Assembly: GCA_963779175.1 (NCBI GenBank)
Contig: CAVZXA010000003.1
Span: forward strand, 1,025,625-1,089,624
Direction: 5' to 3'
Length of the DNA: 64,000 nt
DNA from: an uncultured Acidobacteriota bacterium
GTDB taxonomy: Bacteria; Acidobacteriota; Vicinamibacteria; Vicinamibacterales; UBA2999
In this document: piece by piece, positions 1 through 9,585 of the stretch
Position numbering within the stretch: the stretch's first letter is position 1
How the letters are laid out: the number at the start of each line of letters is the position of its first letter
The notes under the pieces: model-generated
The model's input: only the letters and a program-made list of their open reading frames with translations
Databases searched by the model: none
What the model was told of the DNA's origin: nothing
Translations under genes and position numbers: made by a program

Positions 1-864
1 CAGTCGAGCCGCTTCAAGGCGAAAGACGTCGTGGCGTCGCTCTCGGGCAGCTCGGTCATCGTCAAGAAGATCAACCTGCCGGTGATGAGCGATGCCGACC
101 TCGCGGATTCCATCCAGTGGGAAGCCGAGCAGTACATCCCCTTCGACATCCAGGACGTCAACCTCGACTACCAGATCCTGACCCCGGTGGCGGAGCGGCA
201 GGGCACGATGGACGTCCTGCTGGTGGCGGCGAAGAAAGACAAGATCGCCGACTACACGGGCGTCGTCAGCGCCGTCGGCAAGAAGACGGTGGTCGTGGAC
301 GTTGACGCCTTCGCCCTGCAGAACGCCTTCGAGACCAACTACGCCGAAGACGCCGGCAAGATCGTGGCGCTCATCAACGCCGGCGCCAGCGCCATCAACA
401 TCAATCTGGTGTCGGGCGGCACCTCGCTCTTCACGCGCGACGTCGGCATCGGCGGCAACGCCTTCACCGAGGCCGTGCAGAAGGAACTGGGGCTGCCGTT
501 CGAAGGCGCCGAAGACGCCAAGCGGGGCCTGCCGGTCGAGGGCGTGCGGCCCGAAGACGTCCGCCCGGTGCTGCACGCGGTGATGGAGAACGTGCTGCTC
601 GAGATCGAGAAGACGTTCGATTTCTTCAAGGCCACCTCCGCCAGCGACCGCATCGACCGCATCGTGGTGAGCGGCGGGGCGTCGATGGTCGAGGAGTTCG
701 AGTCGGCGCTGCGCGAACGCATGGGCACCGAGGTCGAACGCTTCGATCCGTTCCGCAACGTGCCGATCGACCCGGCCGCGCTTCAGGGCGCCACCGCCGC
801 CGACTACGCGCCGGTGTGCGCCGTGGCCCTCGGCCTGGCGCTGCGCAAGGATGGTGACCGGTGA
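1..864 (+). CDS. pilM: Type IV pilus assembly protein PilM (5' end cut by window edge)
   Basis: Frame 1 is open from base 1 (QSSRFKAKDVVASLSG...), so the listed ATG at 31 is internal. Has the IQWEAEQYIPF motif and lies directly before pilNOPQ. Confidence 0.85.
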   Translation, partial: QSSRFKAKDVVASLSGSSVIVKKINLPVMSDADLADSIQWEAEQYIPFDIQDVNLDYQILTPVAERQGTMDVLLVAAKKDKIADYTGVVSAVGKKTVVVDVDAFALQNAFETNYAEDAGKIVALINAGASAININLVSGGTSLFTRDVGIGGNAFTEAVQKELGLPFEGAEDAKRGLPVEGVRPEDVRPVLHAVMENVLLEIEKTFDFFKATSASDRIDRIVVSGGASMVEEFESALRERMGTEVERFDPFRNVPIDPAALQGATAADYAPVCAVALGLALRKDGDR

Positions 865-1502
865 TTCGCATCAATCTCGTGGCCGAGAGGCGGCCGGTGG
901 CCAGCGGCGAGAGCCGCTTCCGGCTCGACGAAGGCAAGAAGATCGCGCTCGGCGGCAGCCTGATCGTGCTGCTGTCGATCGCCTACGCCGGCTGGAGCTA
1001 CTGGTCGCTGGATCAGCGCGCCAGCCAGGTGGAGCGTGACATCGACGCCGCGCGCGTCGAAGAGCAGCGCCTCATCCAGGTGATCTCCGAAGTGCGCGAG
1101 TTCGAGGCCCGCCGCGGCCGCCTCGAGCAGCGCGTCTCGCTCATCGAGGAACTGCGCCGCGGACAGACGGCGCCGGTGCACATCCTCGACCAGGTGAGCC
1201 GCAGCCTCCCCGACATGGTGTGGCTGACGAAGATGACGCAGAGCGGCTACGACATCACGCTCGAAGGCAACTGCCTGACCCTCACGGCGCTCTCGGATTT
1301 CGTCGGCGCCCTCGAGCACTCGCGCTACTTCGCGCGCCCGGTCGAGATCATCAACAGCGAAGTGGTGCCGGCGACGCCGACCACCCCCGAAATCATCAAG
1401 TTCGTGGTCAAGGCGGGCTTCCAGATGTCGGGCCTCAAGGCCCCGGCTCCGGCCGTCGTGCCCGGCGCGGCTCCGGCCGCGAAGGGAGGCGCCCGTGGCT
1501 AG
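861..1502 (+). CDS. pilN: Type IV pilus assembly protein PilN
   Basis: GTG start overlaps the pilM stop (GTGA). Single N-terminal TM (IALGGSLIVLLSIAYAGW) then a coiled coil. Sits in the pilN position. Confidence 0.8.
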   Translation: MIRINLVAERRPVASGESRFRLDEGKKIALGGSLIVLLSIAYAGWSYWSLDQRASQVERDIDAARVEEQRLIQVISEVREFEARRGRLEQRVSLIEELRRGQTAPVHILDQVSRSLPDMVWLTKMTQSGYDITLEGNCLTLTALSDFVGALEHSRYFARPVEIINSEVVPATPTTPEIIKFVVKAGFQMSGLKAPAPAVVPGAAPAAKGGARG

Positions 1503-2115
1503 CCTGCAGATGAACAAGCTGCCCTGGTGGGGTCAGCTGCTGGTCTTCACCTTCGTCGGCGCGGCCATCGTCGGCGCCTACTACTACTTCTACGAACAGC
1601 AGGCGCGGGCCGACCTCGACATCCGCGACGCCGAGCTGGCGGCCATCCGCGGCCGCATCGACAAGGGCATGGAGACGGCGCGCAAGCTGCCGGAATTCCG
1701 CGCCCAGGTCGGCGACCTCGAAGCGCGGCTCGAGAGCCTGAAGGCGATCCTGCCGGAGGAAAAAGACGTCGCCGAGCTGCTGCGCCGGCTGCAGACGCTG
1801 GCCGCGCAGTCGAACCTGACCATCCGCCACTTCCGGCCCCGCGCCATCGCCACCAAGGAACTGCACGCCGAGTGGCCGATCGAAATCGAGGTCGAAGGCG
1901 CCTATCACAACGTCGGGCAGTTCCTCGACCGCGTGAGCAAGCTGCCGCGCATCATCAACGTCGGCGCGATGGAAATGTCCACCGTGCCGGCGGGGCGTGC
2001 CGGGGCCACGGTGCGGGTGACCTGCACGGCGATGACCTTCGTGATGAACGACCAGACGTCGACCCCGCAACCTGGAGCGCCGGCCGCCGGTGGGCCCGCG
2101 AAGAAGACCGAATGA
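1495..2115 (+). CDS. pilO: Type IV pilus assembly protein PilO
   Basis: Overlaps the pilN end. N-terminal TM (LLVFTFVGAAIVGAYYYF), a coiled coil and a C-terminal alpha/beta domain. Start could be GTG 1495 or ATG 1510. Confidence 0.8.
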   Translation: MASLQMNKLPWWGQLLVFTFVGAAIVGAYYYFYEQQARADLDIRDAELAAIRGRIDKGMETARKLPEFRAQVGDLEARLESLKAILPEEKDVAELLRRLQTLAAQSNLTIRHFRPRAIATKELHAEWPIEIEVEGAYHNVGQFLDRVSKLPRIINVGAMEMSTVPAGRAGATVRVTCTAMTFVMNDQTSTPQPGAPAAGGPAKKTE

Positions 2116-2594
2116 CGCGCTTCCTTTTCACTCTCGTCGCGGTGGGCTGGCTGGCGACCGCGGTCGCGGCCGGCCAGGCGCCTGCCGCCCCGGCCCCGCC
2201 GACCGCCGCGCCGGCCGACAACCTGCCGTCGCCTCCGGCCGACTTCTCGTATGCCACCGCCGGCCGGCGCGATCCGTTCACCACGCTCACCCGCGGCAAG
2301 TCCACGGTGACCGACAACGTCACCGGCACCCGCCCGGCCGGCGCCGCCGGCATCCTGGTGGACGAACTGGTCGTGAGCGGCATCGTGCTCGCCAACGGCG
2401 CCTACGTGGCGATGGTCTCCGGGCCGACCAAACAGACCTACAGCGTGCGCGCGGGCGCGAAACTACTCGACGGCACGGTGCAGTCGATTACCCCTCGCGC
2501 GGTCGTGATTCTGCAGCAGGTCAGTGATCCGCTGTCTCTCCAGAAGCAGCGTGAGGTGCGGAAACTCCTCCGCACCCAGGAAGAGGGCAAATGA
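2112..2594 (+). CDS. pilP: Type IV pilus assembly protein PilP
   Basis: ATG 2112 overlaps the pilO stop (ATGA). Signal-like MTRFLFTLVAVGWLATAVAAGQA, an RDPF motif and a C-terminal beta domain. The 355-aa ORF in the track is an upstream out-of-frame extension. Confidence 0.7.
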   Translation: MTRFLFTLVAVGWLATAVAAGQAPAAPAPPTAAPADNLPSPPADFSYATAGRRDPFTTLTRGKSTVTDNVTGTRPAGAAGILVDELVVSGIVLANGAYVAMVSGPTKQTYSVRAGAKLLDGTVQSITPRAVVILQQVSDPLSLQKQREVRKLLRTQEEGK

Positions 2595-4882
2595 TGCTCC
2601 GGCGAATGGCTCCACTTGTTACGGTTGTGGCGTGTGTCACCGCGCTGGCGGGACACGTCGTCGCACTCCGTGCCGCATCGGGCGACTCGGCCACGCCCCC
2701 GCAGTTGCGCGCGGTCTCCACGCGCGACGACGGCCGCATGAGCGCGGTGGTGATCGAGGCGACCGAACCGGTGGCCTACGTCACCTCGCAGCCCGATCCG
2801 CTGACCGTGCTGGTCGACCTGCGCAACGTCCGCGCGGGCGGCGTGCAGGCGTCGCCGACTCGCCACGCGACCTCGCCGCTGGGCGTCGTGCGGGTGGAGG
2901 AGAGCGTGGCCGCCGACGGCACGCCGCTGGCGCGCGTCCGGGTCAATCTGGCGCGGGCCGCGGTGCACCGCGTGCGCACCAACCGCAACATGATCATGGT
3001 CGAGGTCGATCGCGCGACGCCCGTGAGCGCCGTCGCGGCCGCCACGGCCGTCCGCGCCCCGGCCACCGAACTGCGCGCCGTGCGCGCTTCGCGCTCGGGC
3101 GATGAAGTCACCGTCGCCATCGTCGGCAACGGGCCGCTCAAGGCGACCACGGTCGAAGAAGCGAAGGACATGCCGCCGCGCCTGCTGCTCGACTTCGAGG
3201 GCGTGGCCGCCAGCCGCTCGGTGCCGGCCGTGTTCGGCGTGAACCAGGCCGACGTGACGCGCGTGCGCGTGGCCACCAACAGCCGCGAACCGCTCATCAC
3301 CCGCGTGGTCGTCGACCTCAAACGCAAGCTGGAATATCGCGTCGAGGGCGCCGGTGCCGATGGCGAGGAAGTGCGCGTCGTGTTCGCGGCGCCCAACGCC
3401 GGGGCCGCGCCCGTTGCCGCGCCGGCGGCTGTTGCCGCGGCGTCTGTCACTCCGGCCCCGGTCGCCGAAGTCGTGACGCCCGCGCTCGAGCCGGCCGCGC
3501 CGGCTCCGGTGGCCGTCGCGCCGGTCGCCGCGCCCGAACCCGTGCCCGTTCCCGCGTCCGTCGCGGTGGCGCCGGTGACGGCCCCGTCACGTTCGCAGAA
3601 CGCGACCCAGGAGCCGGACGCCCCGGCCCGGCCGCGCTTCACCGGCCATCCGGTGTCGCTCGACTTCCAGGGCGCCGACCTGCGCGCGGTGCTCCGCACG
3701 TTCTCTGAAATCAGCGGCCTGAACGTCGTCATCGACCCGAGCATCAACGGCACCGTCGACGTGTCGCTGCGCGACGTGCCGTGGGATCAGGCGCTCGACA
3801 TCATCCTGAAGTCGAACAAGCTCGGCTACTTCGTCGACGGCACCATCGTGCGCATCGCGCCGCTGGCGGTGCTGGCCGACGAAGAAGTGCAGCGCCGGAA
3901 GCTGGCCGACGAACAGGCGCTGGCCGGCGAACTGCGCGTGCTCACGCGGCCGCTCAGCTACGCGAAGGGCGGCGACCTCATCGCCATCCTGACGCGCAGC
4001 GCGCTGTCGTCGCGCGGCGAGGTGCAGGTCGATCCGCGCACCAACACCGTCATCATCCGCGACCTCCCGGCGCGCCTGACCGCCGCCGACGCCCTGCTCA
4101 CCGCGCTCGACCTGCCGCAGCCGCAGGTGGAGATCGAAGCGCGGATCGTGCAGACCACCCGCGACTTCGCCCGCAACATCGGCGTGCAGTGGGGCGTGAG
4201 CGGCCGGATGTCGCCCGAACTCGGCAACACCGCGCCGCTGGCCTTCCCGAACAACGGCAGCATCACCGGCCGCACCGGCGCCGGGCCGCAGGGGCCCGAT
4301 GGCGCCCCCAACGGCGTCAACCTCGGCGTCGCCAACGCCACCAGCGCCCTCGGCCTCGCGCTCGGCTCGATCAACGGCGCCGTCAACCTCGACGTCGCCC
4401 TGAGCGCGCTCGAACGGTCGGGCCAGGGCCGGCTGCTCTCGACGCCGCGCGTCTCGACGCAGAACAACGTCGAAGCCGAAATCACGCAGGGCGTGCAGAT
4501 TCCGATTCAGACGGTCGCCAACAACACCGTCACGGTGACCTTCAAGGACGCCGCGCTCACGCTGAAGGTGACGCCGCAGATCACCGCCTCGAACACCGTC
4601 ATCATGCGCGTCAACCTCGAGAACGCGGCCCCCGACTACAGCCGCGCCATCAACGACATCCCGCCCATCGACACCCAGCGCGCGGTCACGACGGTGCTGG
4701 TGGGCGACGGCGAGACCACGGTCATCGGCGGCATCTACCTGAGCCGCGAACAGTCCGTGCAGGGCCGCACGCCGCTGCTGTCGCGGGTGCCGCTGCTCGG
4801 CTGGCTGTTCAAGCGCGACGAAATGAGCGACGAAAGCCGCGAGCTGCTGATCTTCATCACGCCGCGTATCACCAAGGGCTGA
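2591..4882 (+). CDS. pilQ: Type IV pilus secretin PilQ
   Basis: 763 aa with AMIN-like N-terminal repeats and an Ala/Pro-rich linker. C-terminal secretin signature: LLSTPRVSTQNNVEAEI, VIGGIY, VPLLGWLF, ELLIFITPRI. Confidence 0.9.
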   Translation: MMLRRMAPLVTVVACVTALAGHVVALRAASGDSATPPQLRAVSTRDDGRMSAVVIEATEPVAYVTSQPDPLTVLVDLRNVRAGGVQASPTRHATSPLGVVRVEESVAADGTPLARVRVNLARAAVHRVRTNRNMIMVEVDRATPVSAVAAATAVRAPATELRAVRASRSGDEVTVAIVGNGPLKATTVEEAKDMPPRLLLDFEGVAASRSVPAVFGVNQADVTRVRVATNSREPLITRVVVDLKRKLEYRVEGAGADGEEVRVVFAAPNAGAAPVAAPAAVAAASVTPAPVAEVVTPALEPAAPAPVAVAPVAAPEPVPVPASVAVAPVTAPSRSQNATQEPDAPARPRFTGHPVSLDFQGADLRAVLRTFSEISGLNVVIDPSINGTVDVSLRDVPWDQALDIILKSNKLGYFVDGTIVRIAPLAVLADEEVQRRKLADEQALAGELRVLTRPLSYAKGGDLIAILTRSALSSRGEVQVDPRTNTVIIRDLPARLTAADALLTALDLPQPQVEIEARIVQTTRDFARNIGVQWGVSGRMSPELGNTAPLAFPNNGSITGRTGAGPQGPDGAPNGVNLGVANATSALGLALGSINGAVNLDVALSALERSGQGRLLSTPRVSTQNNVEAEITQGVQIPIQTVANNTVTVTFKDAALTLKVTPQITASNTVIMRVNLENAAPDYSRAINDIPPIDTQRAVTTVLVGDGETTVIGGIYLSREQSVQGRTPLLSRVPLLGWLFKRDEMSDESRELLIFITPRITKG

Positions 4883-4916
4883 TCGGCCGAGAGACATCTA
4901 CGAGGCAGAGGACATC

Positions 4917-5564
4917 ATGCGACTCTCGATTGCGAATCATCGGATCGCCGCGCTGCTGCTGGCAGCGTCGGCCCTGGTCACCTCCGCGTGCGGCGAAGTG
5001 GCGCGCACCGGCCGCTCACCGGCCTACGTGCAGATCGTGCGGCTCCAGGCCTCCAGCGGCGCCACACCCGACGAGTTCGGCGGCACGTTGCTGTCGGACG
5101 TCGTGACGGTCATCGAAGTGAAGCGCGGCGAACAGACCTTCTTCGTCGACTCGTTCTTCAACGACATCGGCCAGGCGGAACTCCGCGTCGGCCTGAAAGA
5201 CCCGGGCCCGGTCGCGGTGCCGACGACGCCGTCGCCGCTCAACGCCGTGACCCTGACACGTTACCGCGTCGTCTACAAGCGCTCCGACGGGCGCAACACC
5301 CAGGGCGTCGATGTGCCGTACGCCTTCGACGGCGGCATGACCATCACGGTGCCGGCGTCAGGCTCCGCCATCGGCGCTTTCGACATCGTGAAGCACACCG
5401 CCAAACTCGAGGCGCCGCTGCTGGCGCTGCGCGGCTTCGGCGGCGCCCAGATGATCAACACGCTGGCCGACGTCACCTTCTACGGCACCGACCAGGCCGG
5501 CAACGAGGTCACCGTCTCCGGCACGATTTCAATCACGTTCGGCAACTTTGCCGATCCCGAGTAG
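4917..5564 (+). CDS. Hypothetical lipoprotein, pilQ-adjacent
   Basis: Lipobox-type signal MRLSIANHRIAALLLAASALVTSAC. Codon usage looks coding. I recognise no family. Confidence 0.6.
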   Translation: MRLSIANHRIAALLLAASALVTSACGEVARTGRSPAYVQIVRLQASSGATPDEFGGTLLSDVVTVIEVKRGEQTFFVDSFFNDIGQAELRVGLKDPGPVAVPTTPSPLNAVTLTRYRVVYKRSDGRNTQGVDVPYAFDGGMTITVPASGSAIGAFDIVKHTAKLEAPLLALRGFGGAQMINTLADVTFYGTDQAGNEVTVSGTISITFGNFADPE

Positions 5565-5595
5565 GACGGAAAGGACACGCGCCGTGACGTTCTCC

Positions 5596-6657
5596 ATGTC
5601 TCGCACCCTGTCAACGCTGGTCGCCCTCGCCACCACCGTGGCGTTTGCCGGCTGCACGGTCAAGAAGACCGAAGCGCCGGCCCTCTCGGGACCGTCTGAA
5701 CTCGGCCTGTCGCTGCAGATCACCGCCACTCCCGACATCCTCGGTCAGGACGGGCTGTCACCGTCGCAGGTGCAGATCGTCGCCCGCGGCCCCGACGGCC
5801 GGCCGGCGCGCGGGGTGGCGATGCGGGTCGAAATCTACGCCGGCGGCGTGCTGGCCGACTACGGCCGGCTGTCGGCCCGCACGGTCGTCACCGGCGACGA
5901 CGGCATCGCGCGCCTGGTCTACACGGCGCCGCCGCCGCTGTCCGAGCCGGTCGACAACGGCACCGTGATTCAACTGCTCGTCACGCCCATCAGCGGCGAC
6001 TTCGCCAACTCCAACTACCGCAGCGTCGACATCCGGCTGGTGCCGCCGACCACCGTCCCGGTCATCATCCCGCCAAACGGCGCCCTGAACCCGCGTTTCA
6101 TCGTGACTCCGACCCAGGTCACCACGTACTCATCGGTCACCTTCGACGCTTCTGGCACCTTCGACGAGCTCGGGCCGTGTGGCGTGCGTTGCACCTACGC
6201 GTGGGACTTCGGCGACGGCTCGTCGGGCACCGGCATCACCACCGGACACGAGTTCCGATTGGCCAACACGTTCACCGTGCGCCTGACGGTCGTCGACGAC
6301 CGGGGCGCCTCGGCTACGATTTCGCAGCCCGTCGTCGTCACCGCGTCGGCGCCGCCCAAAGCGGAGTTCACCTTCTCCCCGACCGAGCCGCGCTTCGGCC
6401 AGGAAGTGTTCTTCAACGCCGCCGCCTCAACGGCCGCGCCGGGCCGGAAGATCGTCGCCTACGACTGGGACTTCGGCACCGGCCGCACCGGCTCTGGGTT
6501 GACCGTGGCAAAGCGCTACGATATCGACCTCATCCCGCCGGGCGCCGTGACCGGCGACGAGGCCTCTTTCAACGTCACGCTGACCGTGACCGACGACACC
6601 TTCGCGCCCTCGGGCGTCGGCGTCGTCACCAAAGCGGTCAAGATCAAGGTTCCATAG
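5596..6657 (+). CDS. Lipoprotein with a bacterial Ig-like domain and two PKD domains
   Basis: Signal MSRTLSTLVALATTVAFAGC. Big_1-like segment (QVQIVARGPDGRPARGVAMRVEI...TGDDGIARLVYTAP). Two PKD motifs (YAWDFGDGSSGTG...TVRLTVVDDRG and YDWDFGTGRTGSG...VTLTVTDD). GTG 5584 is an alternative start. Confidence 0.65.
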   Translation: MSRTLSTLVALATTVAFAGCTVKKTEAPALSGPSELGLSLQITATPDILGQDGLSPSQVQIVARGPDGRPARGVAMRVEIYAGGVLADYGRLSARTVVTGDDGIARLVYTAPPPLSEPVDNGTVIQLLVTPISGDFANSNYRSVDIRLVPPTTVPVIIPPNGALNPRFIVTPTQVTTYSSVTFDASGTFDELGPCGVRCTYAWDFGDGSSGTGITTGHEFRLANTFTVRLTVVDDRGASATISQPVVVTASAPPKAEFTFSPTEPRFGQEVFFNAAASTAAPGRKIVAYDWDFGTGRTGSGLTVAKRYDIDLIPPGAVTGDEASFNVTLTVTDDTFAPSGVGVVTKAVKIKVP

Positions 6658-6664
6658 GCGTCAC

Positions 6665-7819
6665 GTGTCACCGTCCCGAATCGATGAACTCCGGCGCCGG
6701 GTCCAGAACGACCCGGCGTCGATCGCCTTCGCCCAGCTGGCGGAGGAGTACCGCCGCTCGGGGCAGACGGATGAGGCCGTCCGCATCTGCCGCGAAGGAC
6801 TGGTACGTCACCCCGGATATCTGTCTGCGCGGGTGACGCTCGGACGAGCGCTGCTCGACCTTGGTCAGATGGCCGAGGCGCGCGGCGAGTTCGAGTTCGT
6901 GGTCGCCGAAGCCCCCGAAAACCTGGCCGCGGTGCGCGGCCTGGCGGAGATCTTCCACCGCGACGGCCAGATCGCCGAGGCCCTCTCGTACTACGAGCGG
7001 GCGCTGGCGCTGGCCCGTCACGATCCCGAGATCGAAGAGATCGTGCAGCAGCTGTCGCGGCAGATCGGCGTGGCCGCCTCGGGGCCGCCCGGTGGCCTGT
7101 CGTTCGAAGAAGCCCACCAGGAACTGCTCTCGGCCGCAGAGCGCGTGCCGCTGGCGCCGCAGAGCGCGCCGCCGCCTTCGACCCGCAACGCCGCCGAAGG
7201 GTCGACGGCGCCATTCGATTTCGATCGCCTGGTCGCGGCGCTGGGCTCGCCAGCGGCGCCACCGCAGCTGGAAGCGGCGGTGGAAGGTCGGGCCGTGCCG
7301 GCCCTCGATCTGCCCGAGCCGGTCGACCTCGGTCCCAATCCGTTTGCGGCCCTCGAAGCCGAACTGCGGGCGCACGACCTGCCTGCGCCCGTCGCCGCGC
7401 CGGAGCTGGTTGCCCCGGAGCCGGAGGCTGCGCCCGACCCGGCGTGGGAGCCGGCAGCGGTGGGCGAGAACGCGACCGAGGGCGCCGAGCCCGACGCCTT
7501 CCCGGCGCCAATCGCCGCGGCTGACGAGATCGTGGCAGGCGACGACACCGTTCCGGAGCCTCCGCCCTCGTTCGCCGAATACCTCGACGACGCCGCGCCG
7601 CTGACAGCGGCGTCCGTGCTCGAAGACACGATGCTCGGCGACAGCGCCGAGTTCCTCGACGGGCCCACGGCCCTGAGCGAGGCCGCGGCCCAGCCGGCCG
7701 ACGAGGTGACGGCCGACCCGGCGGCGCCGTCCGGAGCCCGGGCCCGTCAGCGCGCCTTCCGAAGACGTGCTCGGCGACCTCGAGACCTGGCTGAACACCC
7801 TGCACGACCGCTCCACTGA
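6665..7819 (+). CDS. TPR-repeat protein with a long low-complexity Ala/Pro/Glu tail
   Basis: The N-terminal ~130 aa form TPR-like helical repeats. The last ~25 codons are Arg-rich junk. A +1 shift near 7740 (CCCGGGCCC) would give a more protein-like end, ...SAPSEDVLGDLETWLNTLHDRSTE, stopping at 7823. Confidence 0.6.
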   Translation: MSPSRIDELRRRVQNDPASIAFAQLAEEYRRSGQTDEAVRICREGLVRHPGYLSARVTLGRALLDLGQMAEARGEFEFVVAEAPENLAAVRGLAEIFHRDGQIAEALSYYERALALARHDPEIEEIVQQLSRQIGVAASGPPGGLSFEEAHQELLSAAERVPLAPQSAPPPSTRNAAEGSTAPFDFDRLVAALGSPAAPPQLEAAVEGRAVPALDLPEPVDLGPNPFAALEAELRAHDLPAPVAAPELVAPEPEAAPDPAWEPAAVGENATEGAEPDAFPAPIAAADEIVAGDDTVPEPPPSFAEYLDDAAPLTAASVLEDTMLGDSAEFLDGPTALSEAAAQPADEVTADPAAPSGARARQRAFRRRARRPRDLAEHPARPLH

Positions 7820-7860
7820 GTAGCCGGCTCCTGCCGGCTCTCATTACCCACGCTCCTGCC

Positions 7861-8982
7861 ATGCCCCCGCCACCAGACGCCCTGATTGCACGCCTCGTCG
7901 CTGCACGAAATGGCATCGGGCCAGCCGGGCTGGAGGGCCTGCTCGTCACCAGCCCGGTCAACCTGTGCTATCTGACTGGCGTGGCCGCGTCGGCCGGCAT
8001 GGCGCTGGTGACGGCGCAGTCGGTCGTGGTCATCGCCGACCACCGTTACCTGACGCAGTTCCGGGAGGCCGCCCAGGTCCTCGACCGGGTGCGTGTCGAG
8101 CCGGTGGCGGTGGGGGAGAGCTACGAGTCGACCGCGGCGCGCCTGGTGGCCGGCGCAGCCGTCCCGGTGCTCGGAATCGAGGCCGACCACCTGACCGTCG
8201 GCCGCCTCGCCGCGCTGCGCCGCGACCCGGCGCTTGCCGGCCGGGAGATTCGCGAAACGACAGGTTTCATTGAGCGTTTTCGAGCGATCAAAGACCGCTG
8301 GGAGCTCGGCCGCCTCCGGGAGGCGGGGGGACGGCTGGCGGAAGTGGCGGCGTGTATACTCCCTGAGGTGTCCGAAGGCCGCTCCGAACGCGACGTCGCC
8401 TGGAAGGTCGAGCTGGCGCTCCACGCTGCCGGTTTCGAGCGCCCCGCGTTCGAAACCATCGTCGCCTCCGGCCCCAACGCGGCCCGGCCCCACCACCGCG
8501 CCACCGACCGGCGGATTGAAGCAGGTGAGCTGGTGGTCGTGGATTTCGGCGGAGTGCTCGACGGCTATGCCGTGGACATGACCCGCACGGTGGCCGTGGG
8601 CGCCGTGCCGGCCGACCTGCGGTCCTGGGTCGCGGCGGTGGCCGAGGCGCAGCAGGCCGCCATCGACGTCGCCGCACCGGGCGTCATGCCGTCGGCGATC
8701 GATGGCGCCGCCCGCGCCGCCCTGGCTCGCCACGGGCTCGCCGAGGCCTTCGTCCATGGCACCGGCCACGGGCTGGGGCTGGACGTGCACGAACGGCCCA
8801 CCATCGGCCCGCGTGGCGACCACGACGGTCCGATCGCGCCTGGAATGGTCTTCACCGTCGAACCCGGCGTCTACCTGACCGGGCGGGGCGGTGTGCGAAT
8901 CGAAGACGACGTCGTCGTCACAACAGCCGGCGTGGAGCGCATCACCGGCGCGCCGTCGGGTTACGAGGCCCATGAACTCTGA
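7861..8982 (+). CDS. M24-family Xaa-Pro aminopeptidase (aminopeptidase P family)
   Basis: Creatinase-like N-domain plus the pita-bread motif FVHGTGHGLGLDVHERP, and VEPGVY...GGVRIED. Confidence 0.8.
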   Translation: MPPPPDALIARLVAARNGIGPAGLEGLLVTSPVNLCYLTGVAASAGMALVTAQSVVVIADHRYLTQFREAAQVLDRVRVEPVAVGESYESTAARLVAGAAVPVLGIEADHLTVGRLAALRRDPALAGREIRETTGFIERFRAIKDRWELGRLREAGGRLAEVAACILPEVSEGRSERDVAWKVELALHAAGFERPAFETIVASGPNAARPHHRATDRRIEAGELVVVDFGGVLDGYAVDMTRTVAVGAVPADLRSWVAAVAEAQQAAIDVAAPGVMPSAIDGAARAALARHGLAEAFVHGTGHGLGLDVHERPTIGPRGDHDGPIAPGMVFTVEPGVYLTGRGGVRIEDDVVVTTAGVERITGAPSGYEAHEL

Positions 8983-9433
8983 CGCCATCAAGGAACTGCT
9001 CGACCTCGTTCAATCCCACGACCTCGCGGAATTCGAACTCGAGGACGGGGACTTCAAGCTGCGCGTGAAGCGCGGCGGACCGCACATCGTCACGCACGTC
9101 ACGCCTGCCACCGGGCCGGTGCCGGCGGCGCCGCTGCCGGCAACGCCCGGGCCAGCCGCCCCGGCCGCCCCGGTCGAAGACGGCGCCCAGCTGGCGATCG
9201 TGAAGTCGCCGATCGTCGGCACCTTCTACCGCTCGGCCGAGCCGGGCGCCGCCCCGCTCGTCAACGTCGGCGACACGGTGAAGAAGGGCCAGGTGCTCTG
9301 CATCATCGAAGCGATGAAGCTGATGAACGAGATCGACTCGGAATACGAGGGCGAGATCACCAACGTCTACGTGGAGAACGGCCAGCCGGTGCAGTACGGC
9401 GAACGCATCTTCGCCATCCGCCTGCGCTCATGA
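8972..9433 (+). CDS. accB: Acetyl-CoA carboxylase biotin carboxyl carrier protein
   Basis: Biotinylation motif CIIEAMKLMNEI and a Pro/Ala linker. ATG 8972 overlaps the end of the peptidase gene. Confidence 0.9.
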   Translation: MNSDAIKELLDLVQSHDLAEFELEDGDFKLRVKRGGPHIVTHVTPATGPVPAAPLPATPGPAAPAAPVEDGAQLAIVKSPIVGTFYRSAEPGAAPLVNVGDTVKKGQVLCIIEAMKLMNEIDSEYEGEITNVYVENGQPVQYGERIFAIRLRS

Positions 9434-9438
9434 CACCC

Positions 9439-9480
9439 GACAGCGCCCGGCGTCGTTGTATCGGCGCGCCGGGCGCTGTC
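9439..9480 (+). other. Perfect 14-bp stem-loop in the accB-accC spacer
   Basis: GACAGCGCCCGGCG (9439-9452) pairs with CGCCGGGCGCTGTC (9467-9480) around a 14-nt loop. No U-run follows. Confidence 0.5.
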
Positions 9481-9500
9481 GCGCCCACGCGAACCGGGGT

Positions 9501-9529
9501 CCCCGCCACGCGTCGTCCGCGTGGTGGGG
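9501..9529 (+). other. 12-bp stem-loop (one G-U pair) in the accB-accC spacer
   Basis: CCCCGCCACGCG / CGCGTGGTGGGG with loop TCGTC. Confidence 0.45.
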
Positions 9530-9563
9530 TGGGGAGCGTGGGCCAGACAACACTGTGCCTGGC

Positions 9564-9585
9564 GGACCGCAGCCCTGAGCGGTCC
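9564..9585 (+). other. 7-bp stem-loop just upstream of the accC Shine-Dalgarno
   Basis: GGACCGC / GCGGTCC with an 8-nt loop. Followed by GGAGG (9591-9595) and the GTG start at 9603. Confidence 0.4.

Noticed and set aside
6516-7961. Very long antisense or out-of-frame ORFs. Examples: 6516-7961 (-), 18548-20638 (+), 55057-56496 (+), 56442-58382 (-), 49809-51548 (+), 38819-40936 (-).
   Set aside because: Their translations are Arg/Pro/Gly/Ala-rich with no motifs, and each lies opposite or out of frame to a gene with clear conserved motifs. These are typical shadow ORFs of stop-poor high-GC DNA.
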